From assembly GCF_018977255.1 (NCBI RefSeq), contig NW_024704743.1, positions 66,838,001 to 66,902,000 on the forward strand: a stretch of DNA of 64,000 nucleotides. Direction: 5' to 3'. This document shows positions 1 through 13,282 of the stretch, in pieces (the first letter of the stretch is position 1; each line of letters starts with the position of its first letter). The DNA is from Callorhinchus milii. Taxonomy: Eukaryota. Made by a program: the position numbers and the translations under genes. The notes under the pieces were generated by a model. That model ran no database searches. It saw only the letters and a program-made list of their open reading frames with translations, and was not told the DNA's origin.

Positions 1-34
1 CAAGTTATAACAAACTTTTTTTTCCCCGTTCCAG

Positions 35-91
35 GCTGAAACTCGCATTAATACTGTGAGAGCAGTTCAACATTTAAAAAGATGTTTTTAA
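35..91 (+). CDS. Possible short terminal coding exon (or 21-nt microexon 35-55) of an unidentified gene
   Basis: Strong acceptor ttttttttccccgttccAG (16-34), then GCTGAAACT...TAA = AETRINTVRAVQHLKRCF*. ATTAAA follows near 186 and 214. A GTGAG possible donor lies at 56. No homologue recognised. Confidence 0.2.
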   Translation, partial: AETRINTVRAVQHLKRCF

Positions 92-444
92 TGCTAATGC
101 TAATTTTAATTTAATTAATTTAATTTAATGCTAATTTTTGGTTCGAAACCCCCAGGAGTTTAGAATAATGAGATGTTGACCTTAAATTAAAACGTTTTGA
201 AAATTGATGTTAAATTAAAACCTGTATACAGTGGTGAGGAGGAAATTAGATCACCACAGAATCAATATTAATGTTCTAATTAACAGAAAATGCTGGCATT
301 GCGCAGTGGGTTTTATGCTCAGTCGGGAGTACGAACACACACAGAAACCTATAACAATGTTTGAGAGTATAGTGGCTGAAAGAGAATGAATTAAAGCTTT
401 GGGTGAATGAAATGTTTCCATTTCAGTTGATTTTAAAATAGGAT

Positions 445-512
445 GTCAGCCTGGCTCAGGTGGTAGCTCTCTTGTCTCTGAGTCAGACGGTTGTGGATTG
501 AAGCCCCACATC
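445..512 (+). mobile_element. SacSINE1/AmnSINE-like DeuSINE, tRNA-related head fragment
   Basis: gtcagcctggctcaggtggtagctctcttgtctctgagtcagacggttgtggattgaagcccc matches the head of the copies at 2946, 41718 and 49513. Confidence 0.75.
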
Positions 513-696
513 AGTGATGGGTTTCTGCATGCGTCAGACAATCAGCTTACCCAACAAATCTCAGACTTAAATTTATCGTCTTATCTGAAGGACAGCATCT
601 CCAGCAATAATAATAATAATAATAATTGCGTTTGATATAGCGCCTTATCAATTCGTTGAGATGTCTCAAAGCGCTTCACAGAATATACTGTATACA

Positions 697-1516
697 TTAG
701 AATACATTAGATTATACAGCACAGAAACAGGCCACTTGGCCCAGCTGGTCTATGCTGGTGTTTATGCTCCACGTGAGCCTCTTCCTGCCCTTCCTCAACT
801 AAACCTTCAAGCATAACCTTCTATTCCTTTCTCCCTCATGTACCTATATAGCTTTCCCTTAAATACATCTATGCTATTTGCCTCAACAACTCCTTGTGGT
901 AGCATGTTCCACATTCCCACTATTCTCCGTGTGAAGAAATTTCTTCTAACTTCCCTATTTGATCTATTTGTGACTGTTTTATATTGATGGCCCCTGGTTT
1001 TGGTCCCCCCCACAAGTGGAGACATCTTCCCTATGTCTACCCTATTAAAACCTTTCATCATTTTAAAGACCTCTATCAGGCCATCCCTTACCCTCCTCTT
1101 TTCAAGAGAAAAGAGTCCAAGTATGTTCAGCTTTTCCTGATAGGTATAACCTCTCAGTTCTGGGATCATCCTTGTGAATCTCCTTTGCACCCTCTCCAGT
1201 GCCTCTACATCCCTTCTATAATGTGGGGACCAGAACTGCACACAGTATTCTAAGTGAGGTCTAACCAAGGGTCTATAGCAATTTACCATAACTTCCCTGC
1301 TTTTCATTTCTATCCCTCTAGAAATGAACCCCAATGCCTGGTTTGCTTTCTTGTGGCTTTATTAACCTGCATCGCTACTTTTACTGAATTGTATATGTGT
1401 ACCCCTAGGTCCTTTTGCTCCGCTACCCATTTAGGTTTTTATTTTCCAGGATGTATGTGACTTCCTTACTCCTTCTACCAAAATGTACCACCTCACAATT
1501 TTCTACATTGAAATGT
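697..1516 (-). mobile_element. CR1 LINE, 5'-truncated 3' end (ORF2 C-terminus + 3'UTR)
   Basis: ORF 807-1334 carries the CR1 motifs LVRPHLEYCVQFWSP, LERVQRRFTRMIP, LFSLEKRR and RRNFFT.R.V..WN.LP, followed by a CR1-type tail. Confidence 0.95.
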
Positions 1517-1519
1517 ATT

Positions 1520-1841
1520 TAATAATAATAATAATAATCCTTGCATTTGATATAGCACTTTTCACATCTGGAGGACATCCCAAAGCGCTTCACAGAACAC
1601 ACTGTAAAGTGAATTGACTGTATATTTGTGGGGGAGCGCGGCAGCCAATTGCGCACAGCAATGTCCCACAAACAGTCGTAGATTGAAAATGACCATTTTA
1701 TTATTGTTTTTGGTTTTGGAGGGATTATTATTAGGTGTGTGGAGTAAGGAAACTTGCCCAAGGTTCCGCCCTGCCTGGAATTGAACTCAGGTCTCTCACT
1801 TGCAAAGCGAGTGCTCTAACCACTGAGCTACAGGACTCCAC
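1520..1841 (-). mobile_element. tRNA-Ala-derived composite SINE, short form (full length)
   Basis: Minus strand: A box TAGCTCAGTGG, TGC anticodon loop, B box GAGTTCAATTCC, gggcaagtttcc segment, Deu-like tgtttgtgggacattgctgtgcgcaattggctgccgcg, L2-like tail and (TTA)n. Confidence 0.9.
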
Positions 1842-2945
1842 GAGTCATTTAAATGCTCATTCAGCAAGTTTATTAATGTCTTGCTGTAATTTGTAAAGTG
1901 GATTAGCTGTATATTTTGTGGGCGAAATGCAGCAGCCAATTGCGCTCAGCAGTGTCCCACAAACAGTCATGGATTGAGTGACCAAATTATTAGTAGTATT
2001 ATTATTTTGGGGGGGGCTTATATATTTGTCTTCACCTCTCACCCATGTACTCACTCCGACATGTAAGCCTAGACACAGAGACTCCCTAGCATCATATTGG
2101 AATATCAGCCTAAACTATATGGGTTCAAGGTTCTGACTCAAATGCCAGAATGCTACCAATTCAGCCTGGTTGACCCTTGGAATCAACGTGTAACCATTAG
2201 CCACTAAGAATTTTAACAGATGAAGAAATTAAAGTGGAGACATCAACAGTAAAAGCTCACTGTTGAATGTGCAAGAATATGAAGAAACTGTACCTTTGAA
2301 GAATTGAAAGAACCAAGATTTTTAATGCTTCATTGAAGGACTCAAGCCCCCAAATCCTCATGATTTATTGTTACTAATAATCCTCGCATTTAGTGTCTTA
2401 GTGCCCAATAGTGCCTCAAAACATAATCGAGACATCTCAAAGCGCTTCACAGGATATACTATGAAATAATGTGGCTGTGTCTATTTTGTGAGTGAACGCA
2501 GCAGCCAAAATATAGCCACACAACAATGTCCCACAAACAGCTAGGGTGGCTTAAGATCATCATCCTAAACTTTAGGAAATTCCAAAAAATTTGGAAAATT
2601 CCTAAATTCAGTCTTTAAATTTGTTAGCAGGTTTCCATGGGTATTAAATAGAACTCTATAAAAACATTTTAAAAATGTTTCTGCGGAAAATGCATGATTT
2701 GTATTTTGGTTTTAGTATGATCAAATCTTACTTATTCAACCATGAATGAAATATGCAAAACAACAGAAACCAGTGCTAATATATTTCACAATTAGTCAAC
2801 TGACCTGATAATTTATTGTTGTCTAATAGTGATTGTGTTTGATCCTTTTTGGGATACCGATGAAGTACACACGTTGTCTGCTGTGTGAAATTGCAAGATT
2901 TTGCCCAATGGTATCAGTGATTGGCATTATCAGTTAGGAGTGTGC

Positions 2946-3335
2946 GTTAGCCTGGCTCAGTTGGTAGCTCTCTCAACTCTGAGTCAGAAAGTAGTGGGTT
3001 CAAGCTCCACATCAGAATTTTGAATTCATATAAGTCCAGACTGAGGCCAGGGGAGCACTGCATTGTTGGAGTTGCCAACCTTCAGATGAAATGCTCACTT
3101 TGTTCCCGTCTACCTGTTCAAATGGAAGTTAAATATCCCATGGCATTATCTGAGAAGAGAAATGAGTTTCTTTCTATGTCCTGGCCAATAATCCCTCAAA
3201 TAAAATTGGTCATTCACTTCATGGTTGTTTATAGGACATCGCTGTGTGCAAATTAGCTGCCACATTCACCTACAGAATACACAGTCAGTGAACTTTACAA
3301 TATAAGCCTGTGAAGCGCTATGCAACATCCACCTG
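2946..3335 (+). mobile_element. SacSINE1-like DeuSINE
   Basis: Head gcctggctcagttggtagc...ctctgagtcagaa, middle atcccatggcattat...gtcctggccaa, Deu segment gctgtgtgcaaattagctgcc. Confidence 0.85.
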
Positions 3336-4252
3336 ATGTGTGTGATTTAAAAGTGCAGGGGAAAACAGTCCCTCAAGTCAATCTTTTCAGCCAACCTGTC
3401 AATCTAGAACTGAATTTTTAGCTTCAATTTTGTGAATACTCATAAGTTTGCAGCATTGAAGCAGAAATCCAAGGCAAAATACAAGACACAATTATCTTAC
3501 TGCATTGGGTCTTTAGCTTTGAATTTAATTAACTTATTTTAATGTTGGTTTCATTCTAACACAGGAATTCATCCCATATAAAGTATCAAACCCCAAATTA
3601 CATTAAAAGCTTTTTGAAGATGTTGATGAAGTTTCTAAGTTTTGCAAACCACAAAATTCAGTTGATCTCTTTTGTTACCTACTGAATGAATTGCATCTGC
3701 AGACTCTTTTCTAGTGAATTTAATTACAGTACATTTAAAGGGCTTGTTTTCTTTTCCGCAATACATACTAATTAAACAGATGGCCACAAGTACCGTTGAG
3801 TGAATTGTACAGATGTTACTGGCACTGTTGAGCTCTCATCCTCCATTTGTCTCATCTATTCCTAGCTGCTTGACTCAGTGCAGGAGTAGCCCATTACTGC
3901 TATCTGATCACATCCTCACATAATTCAAAGGAAATCATTTATTTACCACTTATATCTCCCATTAGAATCAGAACAGTGTGCTCAAAATGCTGGCATTCAG
4001 CACAAGATTCTATCTTCCTCAACAAAACTGCACAGTTCATGGACACGTGCCACAACATATAGTTATTTTTCTCATTCCCTTTTTAGTTGTCTTTGCGGTG
4101 GTTTTGCTAGGATATATATTGCTGTGTAATTGGAATTGTCAATGTTATCTCATCTGGTTCTGCCACACTCTAAAATCCTGGCCAGCTGGACTAATGGGGG
4201 GAGATCCGGTCAAGCGAGCTGGAATTTCTGGCTAAGTGTAGTTATAATGCCA

Positions 4253-4617
4253 GTAAATAATCATAATAATCCTTGCATTTGATACAGCACTTTTCAAATG
4301 TTAACGTCTCAAAGCACTTCATGGAATATACTGTAAAGTGAATTGATTGTATATTTGTGGGCGAAACATGGCAGCCAATTGCGCACAGCAGTGTCGCACA
4401 AACAGTCGTGGATTGAGTGACCAAATTGTTATTTTTATTGAAGAATTATTATCCCCAGAAAAGTGATCTGTCAATCGACTAACAACCAGGTTCCTACTTA
4501 TTGCTAGGTAAATAGAAACATGTGGAGTAAGGAAACTTGCCCAACATTTCACCCTGCCGGGAATCGAACCCAGGTCTCTCGCTTGGGAAATGAGTGCGCT
4601 AGCCATTGAGCTACAGG
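4253..4617 (-). mobile_element. tRNA-derived composite SINE, long form
   Basis: Same head and tail as the 1520 copy plus an extra ~75-bp internal segment (tttacctagcaataagtaggaacctggttgttagtcgattg). Confidence 0.88.
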
Positions 4618-4722
4618 TATATAAAAGACACACAGATAGAATACACTATAATCTCTTGTAGGAGAGTTTACCTTATTTTACTGAAGTCTGAGCATTCATT
4701 TCTTCTTACTACTACCACTTCT

Positions 4723-5138
4723 AATAATAATAATAATAATAATAATCCTTGCATTTGATATAGCGCTTTTCACATCTTCCAGACGTCTCAAAGCGTTTCA
4801 AAAATATACTGTAAAGTGAATTGATTGTATATTTGTGGGTGAAATGTGGCAATCAGTTGCTCATAGCAGTGTCCCACAAACAGTCATGGATTGAAGTGAC
4901 CAATTTATTATGGCATTTACCAGCTTTTTTCAGTGGACTGAACATTGGGAAAAGCTTCCTTCACTTTTTCTTAAACGTCCACCTGGACAAGAAGGGACAT
5001 TGATTTGACATCTCATTCGAAGAGAGCACCTCTAACAATGCAGCACACCCACAGAAGTCAGCATAGATTGGGGTGTGGGGATTGAAGCCACAAACTGATG
5101 ACTCAGAGGCGAGAGTGCTACCATTTGTGAGCCACGCT
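4723..5138 (-). mobile_element. DeuSINE with SacSINE-like head and (TTA)n tail (possibly two joined elements)
   Basis: (TAA)n plus tail at 4723-4905, SacSINE middle at 4940-5050, head tggctcac..ggtagcactctcgcctctgagtca at 5100-5138. Confidence 0.75.
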
Positions 5139-6239
5139 GTTAAGCAAAATACAAACAAGGGCAGCATTGAGGGTGTGGGTCCTTCATCTGATAGTCAAAC
5201 TCACAAATAAGTGTTGAGCTGTGGTGGAACATTGGATCATCTCATAAACTGAGTAGCAGTATAGCAATACATTGCATGCAATGTCCGGGAAATAAACTTC
5301 TATACTCTTCCTTCTGAGGACAACAGTATGTACAGAGACTTGTTATGGGGTGGGGAGAGTATTACTATATTTTCAAAAGATGTGAAGCTCTTACAAAACA
5401 GAAGAGGGAGCTATGTACAGTATAAGTATAAGTACACTACTATTTTAAATTCTGTCTCATAGTGAGAAGCGGCATGGTGGCCACACATTAGTTTAGCGTT
5501 GTACTGCATCAAAGTTTGATATCTTACGTGTAGGTGCCACATAAATGCAAGTTATCATTCGTCATCATTATTATTAAACAGATTAATTTGCAAAACTTTA
5601 AGGGGAATGGAGAGAATGCACTGCTTGAAACTCTCTCTTTGGAGTTAAAAGTTCAGTTCATATTTTTATGTGTTCCACGCAGTCACTTAGGTTAAATTAT
5701 TTCCAATAGGAACAAAAGGAAGTGATTTTTGTTTGTTACCAATTTTAATCTGTGGTTACATCTGTTTGTTTTTATTTGGTTTTGGCAATACTTCATTTTG
5801 CAAAGGGTAGAGTAGTCTCATAAAGACTTTATGCCTACAGTGACCTCATAGGCCCTACAACATCCAACAAGAGGAAAGACATATTCAGGAGGGAGGGCGT
5901 TGTTTCATATACTATCGGTTTTTATGCACATTCCCATACAAATTGGAATGGTAATTTCGCAATTTCATTAAAGGTTAAATTAAGCAACATCCTCAAAACC
6001 CATTAAAGGTCTGCAGATAATTCTAAGATAAATGGTGGGAGGAGGAATAAAGAAGTCAGTTTTCAGTTGGTTTCCAGAGTTGCTCTCTTCTGCAATGAAG
6101 GCAAAAGGGCAAAAGAAAGTGGGATAGGAGCAGCAGGAATGGGGTTATCTCTGTCCTATGCCACTGAAGGATGAAGAATGTTCTGTTTCACAATCAGGTT
6201 TGATTGACCACTTAATACAGAATACAATATGCAATAATT

Positions 6240-6690
6240 TACATTTAGCACCTTTCACGTTGGGAGGATGTCTCAAAGCACTTTATACTGCTGACTGGGT
6301 ACCCAAGCTGGGAGAAGTGTGATTAAAGAGCTGTTGAGACAGGCCTTCAACAATAACAACAACATTGCATTTATATAACGCCCTTCATGCAAGTTAGCGT
6401 CCAGAGCACTTGACAGTGGCAAAGCACGATGCCAAGCCAGGGGGAGGTGGCCGTAAGCAGATTGAAGAGAAAAGTCATCAGGTGTGACCTGAAGATGGGG
6501 AAGAAAGCGGCAAGGTGGAGGGATGGTGAAAAATACCAGTCTCCTCATTGAGGGAAAGGGAGGGAGCAGACAAGTTAGAGGAACGTAGTTCCAAAGAGCA
6601 GGGCACAAAGGCTGTTGGCTCATTTGCTGATGGTGGGGTGGTTAGCACAGGGGACATGAAGCAAGCTGGTATTTGCTGAGCAAAGGCAGT
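6240..6690 (-). mobile_element. Degenerate L2 3' fragments and tails
   Basis: Tail motifs at 6240-6285 and 6350-6415 with (CAA)n; purine-rich L2 3' body at 6540-6690. Confidence 0.6.
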
Positions 6691-8036
6691 CCCTGGTCAG
6701 TGGGGTTATAGGAAATTAGATTTTCACTTAATTGCACCCCACATCCTTCACTCCCTTTGCCTTTTGTTGCCTCAGTTATTCTTACCTTCCCTTCTCTTCA
6801 TTTCCCTTTGTACACTATCTCTCAAACCTCCTTTACTCCACTCACTCGCTTTCCATGATATGTCCCTGCCAACTCACAGCTCAATTGTTATCTCTGCCAT
6901 TTTCTGCTCTCTTCTACCTTGGATTCATCCTCTTCCTGGTCAATTCTTCAGTGCCCAAGCAGTAGCTGAGGGGTCAGGGGGGGTCTGAGTCCAGGCTGCA
7001 CTGATAGCTCACTCACTAAACAAGTTGAGGTCTGTCCAAGTTCTATATATTTCACCAATCAATCAGACAGTAGCAATCAAGTGCACAAACAATTTAAATA
7101 TGTCTGTACTGGCTGGGTCTAGCCTATTGTAAGGGATTCTCCAGCTTTTACAGCATCCAGGGATGGGAACGTCAAGAAAAACTGATACAGGTTATACTTT
7201 CAGACAGTGAGAGTCTCAAGGGATCCTCTTTTCTTTCCGTCACACACACACTCACGCACACACACGCACAGTGCTTTCTGAGAGGAAGGTCTTTATTATA
7301 CCAAGCAAATATGAAACCCAAACACTATTTGCATTTATGATAATGCAGTTAATCTTGAATTGGGTCTGCAACGGATTGCATGTCAATCCATAATACACTA
7401 TAAATCCTGCTTTCACATTGTTCTGATGATCTTACAATGGCAAACTGAGGCTGGTGTGCAGACCTGATTGCATTCCACGAAGAGAAGTATCACTCAGAAT
7501 TTACAGACCTTGGATCAGTGTTATCGATCACTTTGACTAATACTGCTCTAGGAGATCTAGGTTTAATACTGAAACAGTAGATCATAAATATACATGAGGA
7601 GTTGCAAGAGGAATTAAGAAAGGCAACCCTGTTGGTACCAATAATAAAGATAGATCTCACTTTATCATGATTCAGAATATATGTTCAGGAGGCCATCATT
7701 GTACAGCATCAGCCTATTGTACCTACAACCAAGTGAATTTTTTTCATTATGCACACGTATGATGACCATAAGTGTATACTATAAATTAAAGTTATTGTTA
7801 ATTACGATTATTGAGTGCTTGCTAAAGATTTGAATAGTCTTGCATTGCCCTTAAGAAACACTGATTTAATTATTTAAATGACTAAGATTTATGGTCTCAG
7901 AAAGTACTACATATTTGCCAGTGGAAAAATAATTCTCTCCCTCAGAACCTTCATTCATTTATTCTGGAAAAGGTTATTTTTATATTGAAAAACATTCTGA
8001 ACACGAACTTGCTCCAAGAGTGGCATCATTTATGTT

Positions 8037-8242
8037 AATAATAATAATAATAATAATCCTTGCATTTGATATAGCTCTTTTCATGTCGGGAGGACGTCCC
8101 AAAGCGCTTCACAGAACACACTGTAAAGTGAATTGACTGTATATTTGTGGGCGAACGCGGCAGCCAATTGAGCACAGCAATGTCCCACAAACAGTCGTAA
8201 ATTGAAAATGACCAATTATTTATTGTTTTTGGTTTTGGAGAG
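8037..8242 (-). mobile_element. Composite SINE, 5'-truncated young copy
   Basis: Near identical to the 3' 200 bp of the 51690 copy; CpGs retained. Confidence 0.9.
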
Positions 8243-10849
8243 ATAATGTTTCACCATAGAGATTAATTTGCTTAAACATTAACCGAAATGCATCTAGCAG
8301 TACAGGCAATTTAAAAACAGTACACTGCACAAAAAATACCGTTCTTTTGATTATTTTTGACATTTTCAGATACCATCTACAGCAGATAAATTGCTTTGGA
8401 TTTACATGTTGAGTAGCATCCTTTCCAAGATTGAGGCCCATTTCTTCAAAGATTTTAACAATAAGGACGTCACTATTATATGGAAAGTGGATCAGCCATG
8501 CTAAGCCATAACCACAAACTAGCATATAGTTCATTCTATCTGAACATATCTACAGGTCCAACCTTTCACACCAGTTGTCACATATAACAATATAATCTAT
8601 CCATTTAACAATTGGGTCAGAGCTTTGTGATGATCAGAAGTTACTGGTATAAATGCTTTTTTATGGTCCCACAGTTCACAGGTTGACCACCATTGGTAAA
8701 ATGCTTCCCGATCTCCAAAAATGATCAAGCGTAACTGCCTAATATCTATCCATTCACCCGTTAATCTCCACTATTCACCAGGGCTAGATGCCTTCCTGAT
8801 ACGAGACCCGTTATAATAATAACAATCCTTGCATTTGATAGAGTGCCTTATCATGTCTTTGAGATGTCTCAAAGCACTATTTTGAATATTCACTTCAAAT
8901 TATTCTCCTATAGTGAAGCACTTTGAGTCATTATTTTGGAAGCTACTATAGAACGCCACAATATAAATGTTAGTTGATGGTGTACCAACAGAACTAATTT
9001 AAGACAATTTCAGTTTGTTTTATTTTTACACCTCACCTCTGATTCCACCATCTGTACAGAAGTTTAAATATGGCTTATGACAAAACAGCAGTTCCTTGGC
9101 TCTTTGATCTTAAACAGTGCTTACTATCCTCAGGGGGTCTACATGTTTGTTTATCTTGTTTTTTGCCTTCAGTTTTAAAACTGGCTTCATCCTGATCTTA
9201 TGTTTGCAACAAATTGCAAATGATACATGGGTTATTTACGTGCTGGTATTTCAAGTGATTTCACCTTTAGCTCCTTCTATATGCTCTGGGCTTACATCAC
9301 TATGTTGTAATGTAACATAATTTAACAAAAAAACTGTATCATTGTTCAAAATTTATAAAAATGGAAACAAAAAATAGAAAGCATGGCAGCCTGGCAATGA
9401 TTCATAGCAGTGTACGAACAAAGTGGTCAAAGGCAGGTGTGTGATCACAAGTAGAGTGTATCTGATTTTGGCACCAAAGGAAACAAGGCCCTTCCTTAAG
9501 TGAAGATGAAAAAGTTGGAGGTCAAGTTAAAATAGTGATAATAATCCTTGTATTTGATACGCCGCTTCCTCACGTCAGGAGGAAGTCTCAAAGTGCTTCA
9601 GGGGATTTACTGTAAAGTATAGTAACTATTTTTTTGTAGGAAAATGTGAGGCATGGGAAGAGACCAGGGAGTATGGTGTCAAGCAATCCTCTCAGGTCTC
9701 TGACCAATTTAATTGGAAGATTGTTGGACAGGAGACAAGGAGAAGCTTCCTTTTCTTTTTGAATAGACAGATTGAACCTTAGTTTAACAGCTCATCCATT
9801 TAACATCTCATACCAAGTCATGTTGGGTGAATCAGGGTGCACAATCGAATGGATGGAGGTGGGTAGATAGAGTCATTAGGAGACGTTTCCCCCTTTCTGA
9901 CATTGTCTTGCTCTTCTTGGTACCTTTTGGTAGCACTGTATTAGTTTCTGCATCTGACACCAAAGGAAATTTACAACACAGATTCCTAGAAAGCTAATTG
10001 CAAGACAGAGAGAACATCAATCGTAGATCTATACTATCGTAGATAGTTTCAGTGACGTACGTGGTAAGAATATTAAAGGGACAGCAATTTAAGCACTTAT
10101 TGTGGGAGAAGCCAAAGGTTATGAGTAACATTTGGAATCTGATAAACAGTGAGAGACATTGCCAGTTAAAGCAAGTGAATGGGTTTGTGGAAGAAAATGT
10201 ACGGATCAACTTTTCATGTTCAGTATTAGTCTGAAGCAGTAGCAAATGGTAGAAGTATAATTTAGGTTTAGAATAAAAAACAGATGTTCTTTTGGTTCCA
10301 AGTACTATCATTATCCATTTTGGTAATGGGGATAAATTGGACGTTTCAATGGTAAGGTAAATGGGACTGAAACCAAATAATACAGAAATACTGAATGGGA
10401 GAGCCATAGTCTTTTCACCAACAGTGGTCAGAGGGGTTGATTCTATTACTTCACCAGTTCAATACACTGGGGAAAAGGGAATGTTTAAAAAGAAATATTA
10501 ATGACATATTAATTTTAAATAAAATAAAAACACCTAAGCTAATTTATCAGCTATATATCCCTTGTCCTCAAATGATTGATCAATTACTTTGTTATTAATA
10601 ATAATAATCCTTAAATTTGTTTATTCACATCAGGAGGATGTCTCAAAGAGCTTCAAAGGATATACTGTAAAATGTAGTGACTGTATATTTTGTAGGCGAA
10701 TGCAGCAGCAAATGTAGGCATGGCAATGGCCCCATTATTATAGTACTCTGGAAGAAATATAAAAGATTGATTGCAGAGGTGCTAAATCCATCCTCTTCCT
10801 GTGACTGAGTATTTTGTAGGCAAATAAGGCAGACAATTTACAACATTTA

Positions 10850-12400
10850 CAAAGATGTACAATGAACTTACAGCATGGAAACAGGCTACTCGGCCCACCA
10901 GTCCTAGCCGGGGTTTATAATCCACAAGAGTCTCGACCCATCCTTTACTCCCTATCTTATACTTGTGTCCCCTGGTTACAGTCTCTCCAAATGGGGAAAT
11001 AGTCTATTTATGTTAACCTAATTGAACCCTTTTATAATTTTAAACACTTCTATTAGGTCCACTCTTAAATGTCTCTTCTCTAGTGAAAAAAGGCCTACAG
11101 CAACAACAGCAAAATGACATTTATATAGCACCTTTCACTTCAGGAGGACGTCCCATGGCACTGGACAGGCAGAGTTTCGGACCCGAGCTGATGGCCGGGG
11201 TGGGGGAGGGACAAGGGTAGGGATGGGGAAGCAGGGAGATCGAAAGCACAATTGAAGAGGAGGGTCTTTAGGTGGGTCTTGAAGGTGGCGAGGGAGAGAG
11301 CCAGATGGAGGGACTGGGGATGGCGTTCCAAAGGGTGGGTACAGAGTTGCGGAAGTGGGGCGAACAAGGCAGGGGAACGTGAAGCAGGCCAGAGCCCACT
11401 GAACGGAGGGAGCGAACAGGATGATAGGGGGTTAGGGGGTTGGAGAGATAGGGTGCAGTAAGACCATGGAGGGATTTGAAGTTGAGGACCAGGATCTTGA
11501 ACTGTATCCTCTGTGTGATGGGAAGCCAGTGGAGTTGGGCAAGGATGGGCGTGATAGGGTCACGGAGCCTAGTGCGGGAGAGGCCATGGGCTGCAGAGTT
11601 CTGGATGATCCTCAGCCTGTGGAGGGAGGAGTTGGGGAGGCCAATAAGTGGTGACTTTGCGTAGTCGAGCCTCCCAACTTGGAAGGTACTATACAGATGT
11701 AATCTTGTTGTTGTTGTTGTCTGACAGACATTCTGTCGGCACAGCAGCGGGCCTAGAGTCAAGGGTGGAGGCAGAGAGCTAGAGTTGCCTAACCTCTCCA
11801 GTCTATCCCGAGAGCAGTAACCTGCAGCTGACATTATCCTTGTAAACCTACATTGTACTCTTACCATCTCTGTTATATCTGTGGTGTGGAAACCAGAATT
11901 GGACACAATGCTCCAAATGTGGTCTAACCAAGGTTTTGTACAAACTTAACATCGCCTCCTCCCTTTTATATACTATCCCTTTGGATATAAAGCCCAACAG
12001 CCCATTGGCCTTTTTATAGCTTTATCTACCTAAGCAGCTACTTTTAGAGATTTTGGATCAGAATCCTAATATTGCTTTGCTCCTCTACTCCGCTTAGGTA
12101 CCTACCATCTACGCTATAGACTGGTTCTTTATTTTTCCTGTCAAAGTGAATTACTTCACACTTTCCTACATTAAACTTGATTACTTGATTTACCATCTAT
12201 CTGCCCATTCTGCCAGCCTGTTTATATCTTCTTGCAGTCCCCTTCATTGTTTACCATGCCCTCTATTTTGTTGTCATCTGCAACTTTTGATAGCACACCT
12301 CCTACCTGAATCCAAATCATTTGTGTGTACGGTGAATAGTAGTGGTCCTAACACTGATCCCTACAGAATATTACTTCCTACCTCTTGCCAGCCTGAGAAG
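10850..12400 (-). mobile_element. CR1 3' region split by an L2 insertion
   Basis: CR1 tail at 10860-11095 (acagcatggaaacaggc, cttctctagtgaaaa) resumes at ~11790-12400 (RVQCRFTRIM, cccaacagcccattggcc, agtggtcctaacactgatccc = GSVLGP region). Confidence 0.8.
11098..11672 (-). mobile_element. L2 LINE 3' fragment
   Basis: ORF 11268-11906 includes RLDY, LRIIQNSAAHGLSRTRLRDPITPILAQLHWLPITQRIQFKIL; L2 tail with (CAA)n at 11098. Confidence 0.93.
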
Positions 12401-12645
12401 ATAATGAATTTAAGCACAGCAAGGTTGCCATTATTACAGTACACTGGAGGAAATGTAAAAGAGTGACTGTAGAGGTACTGAGTCCACCCTTTTCCCATCA
12501 CAGTAAGATATAATCTACATCTCGGACATTTAGGCAAGCATTGACAGCTCTGCACCTTCATGTCTTAGGGGATGGTGTGTTAAATGGTGATGACTCGTGA
12601 TGAATGTAGGAGACTTAATCCACTCAATTTAAAGCCTGCAGTCCA

Positions 12646-12835
12646 TAATAATAATAATATTTGCATTTGATTTAGCACCTTATCACGTCTTCAAGACGTC
12701 TCAAAGCGCTTCACAGAATATACTGTGAAGTGAATTAACTGTATATTTTTGTGGGTGAAACGTGGCAGCCAATTAACCACAGCAGTGTCCCACAACAGTC
12801 GTGGATTGAGTGAGCAAATTATTATTATTATTATT
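12646..12835 (-). mobile_element. Composite SINE 3' half
   Basis: Tail plus Deu segment, as in other copies. Confidence 0.8.
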
Positions 12836-13156
12836 ATTTTTCCATATGCCATCAGCTCAGAGTGGTAGATATTTGAGCAGTTATTTCATTCAATATGGTA
12901 CAAATACCTCAGGGAAAAGCATGAAATAATAATGGATGCCTTGAGACACTAAAACAATAATTCCATATTCCTTAATGTTTTTACTTGATAAAATAATAAT
13001 AATCCTTGGATTTGATATAGCACCTTTCATGTGTAAGAGCATTGCCATCATCTCCCTGTGCTCAGCTCGAGAGTATCTGGGCCAACTTTTATCTTGCTCA
13101 TAGCCTCTGTAAGGCACTGTGAGAGATGTCAAATATAACTTTGTTGAAAATAAGCA

Positions 13157-13282
13157 TCAATTATGTTCTTCCTGGGGCTCCAGCAGTAATATTTTCTGGG
13201 CTCTTGCCAAAGCCACTTCTCGAATCATCTGTGAATCGTCCTTTCCACCACTCGTCTGCACTGGTGGATTAGTTCCACCCCT
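13157..13282 (-). CDS. Possible coding exon or coding fossil, unidentified
   Basis: Minus-strand acceptor ttttctctgtAG followed by KGGTNPPVQTSGGKDDSQMIREVALARAQKILLLEPQEEHN*; unique sequence with several CpGs. Confidence 0.25.
   Translation of the reverse strand, partial: RGGTNPPVQTSGGKDDSQMIREVALARAQKILLLEPQEEHN

Noticed and set aside
1519..1761. Recurrent ORF 'MGKFPYST...CKDYYYY' in several places, resembling a gene family
   Set aside because: Read-through of the SINE consensus with non-ATG starts; the poly-Tyr is the (TTA)n tail
1769..1841. tRNA-Ala(TGC)-like sequences here and at ~26010, 41590, 51950 and 62870
   Set aside because: They are SINE heads: no proper acceptor-stem pairing, and each continues into the same SINE body
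2540..2700. TAGGGTGGC start resembling a hAT terminus
   Set aside because: No matching opposite TIR or TSD found
9994..10407. 137-aa minus-strand ORF
   Set aside because: No recognisable domain or splice context; plausible by chance or from an unrecognised old repeat
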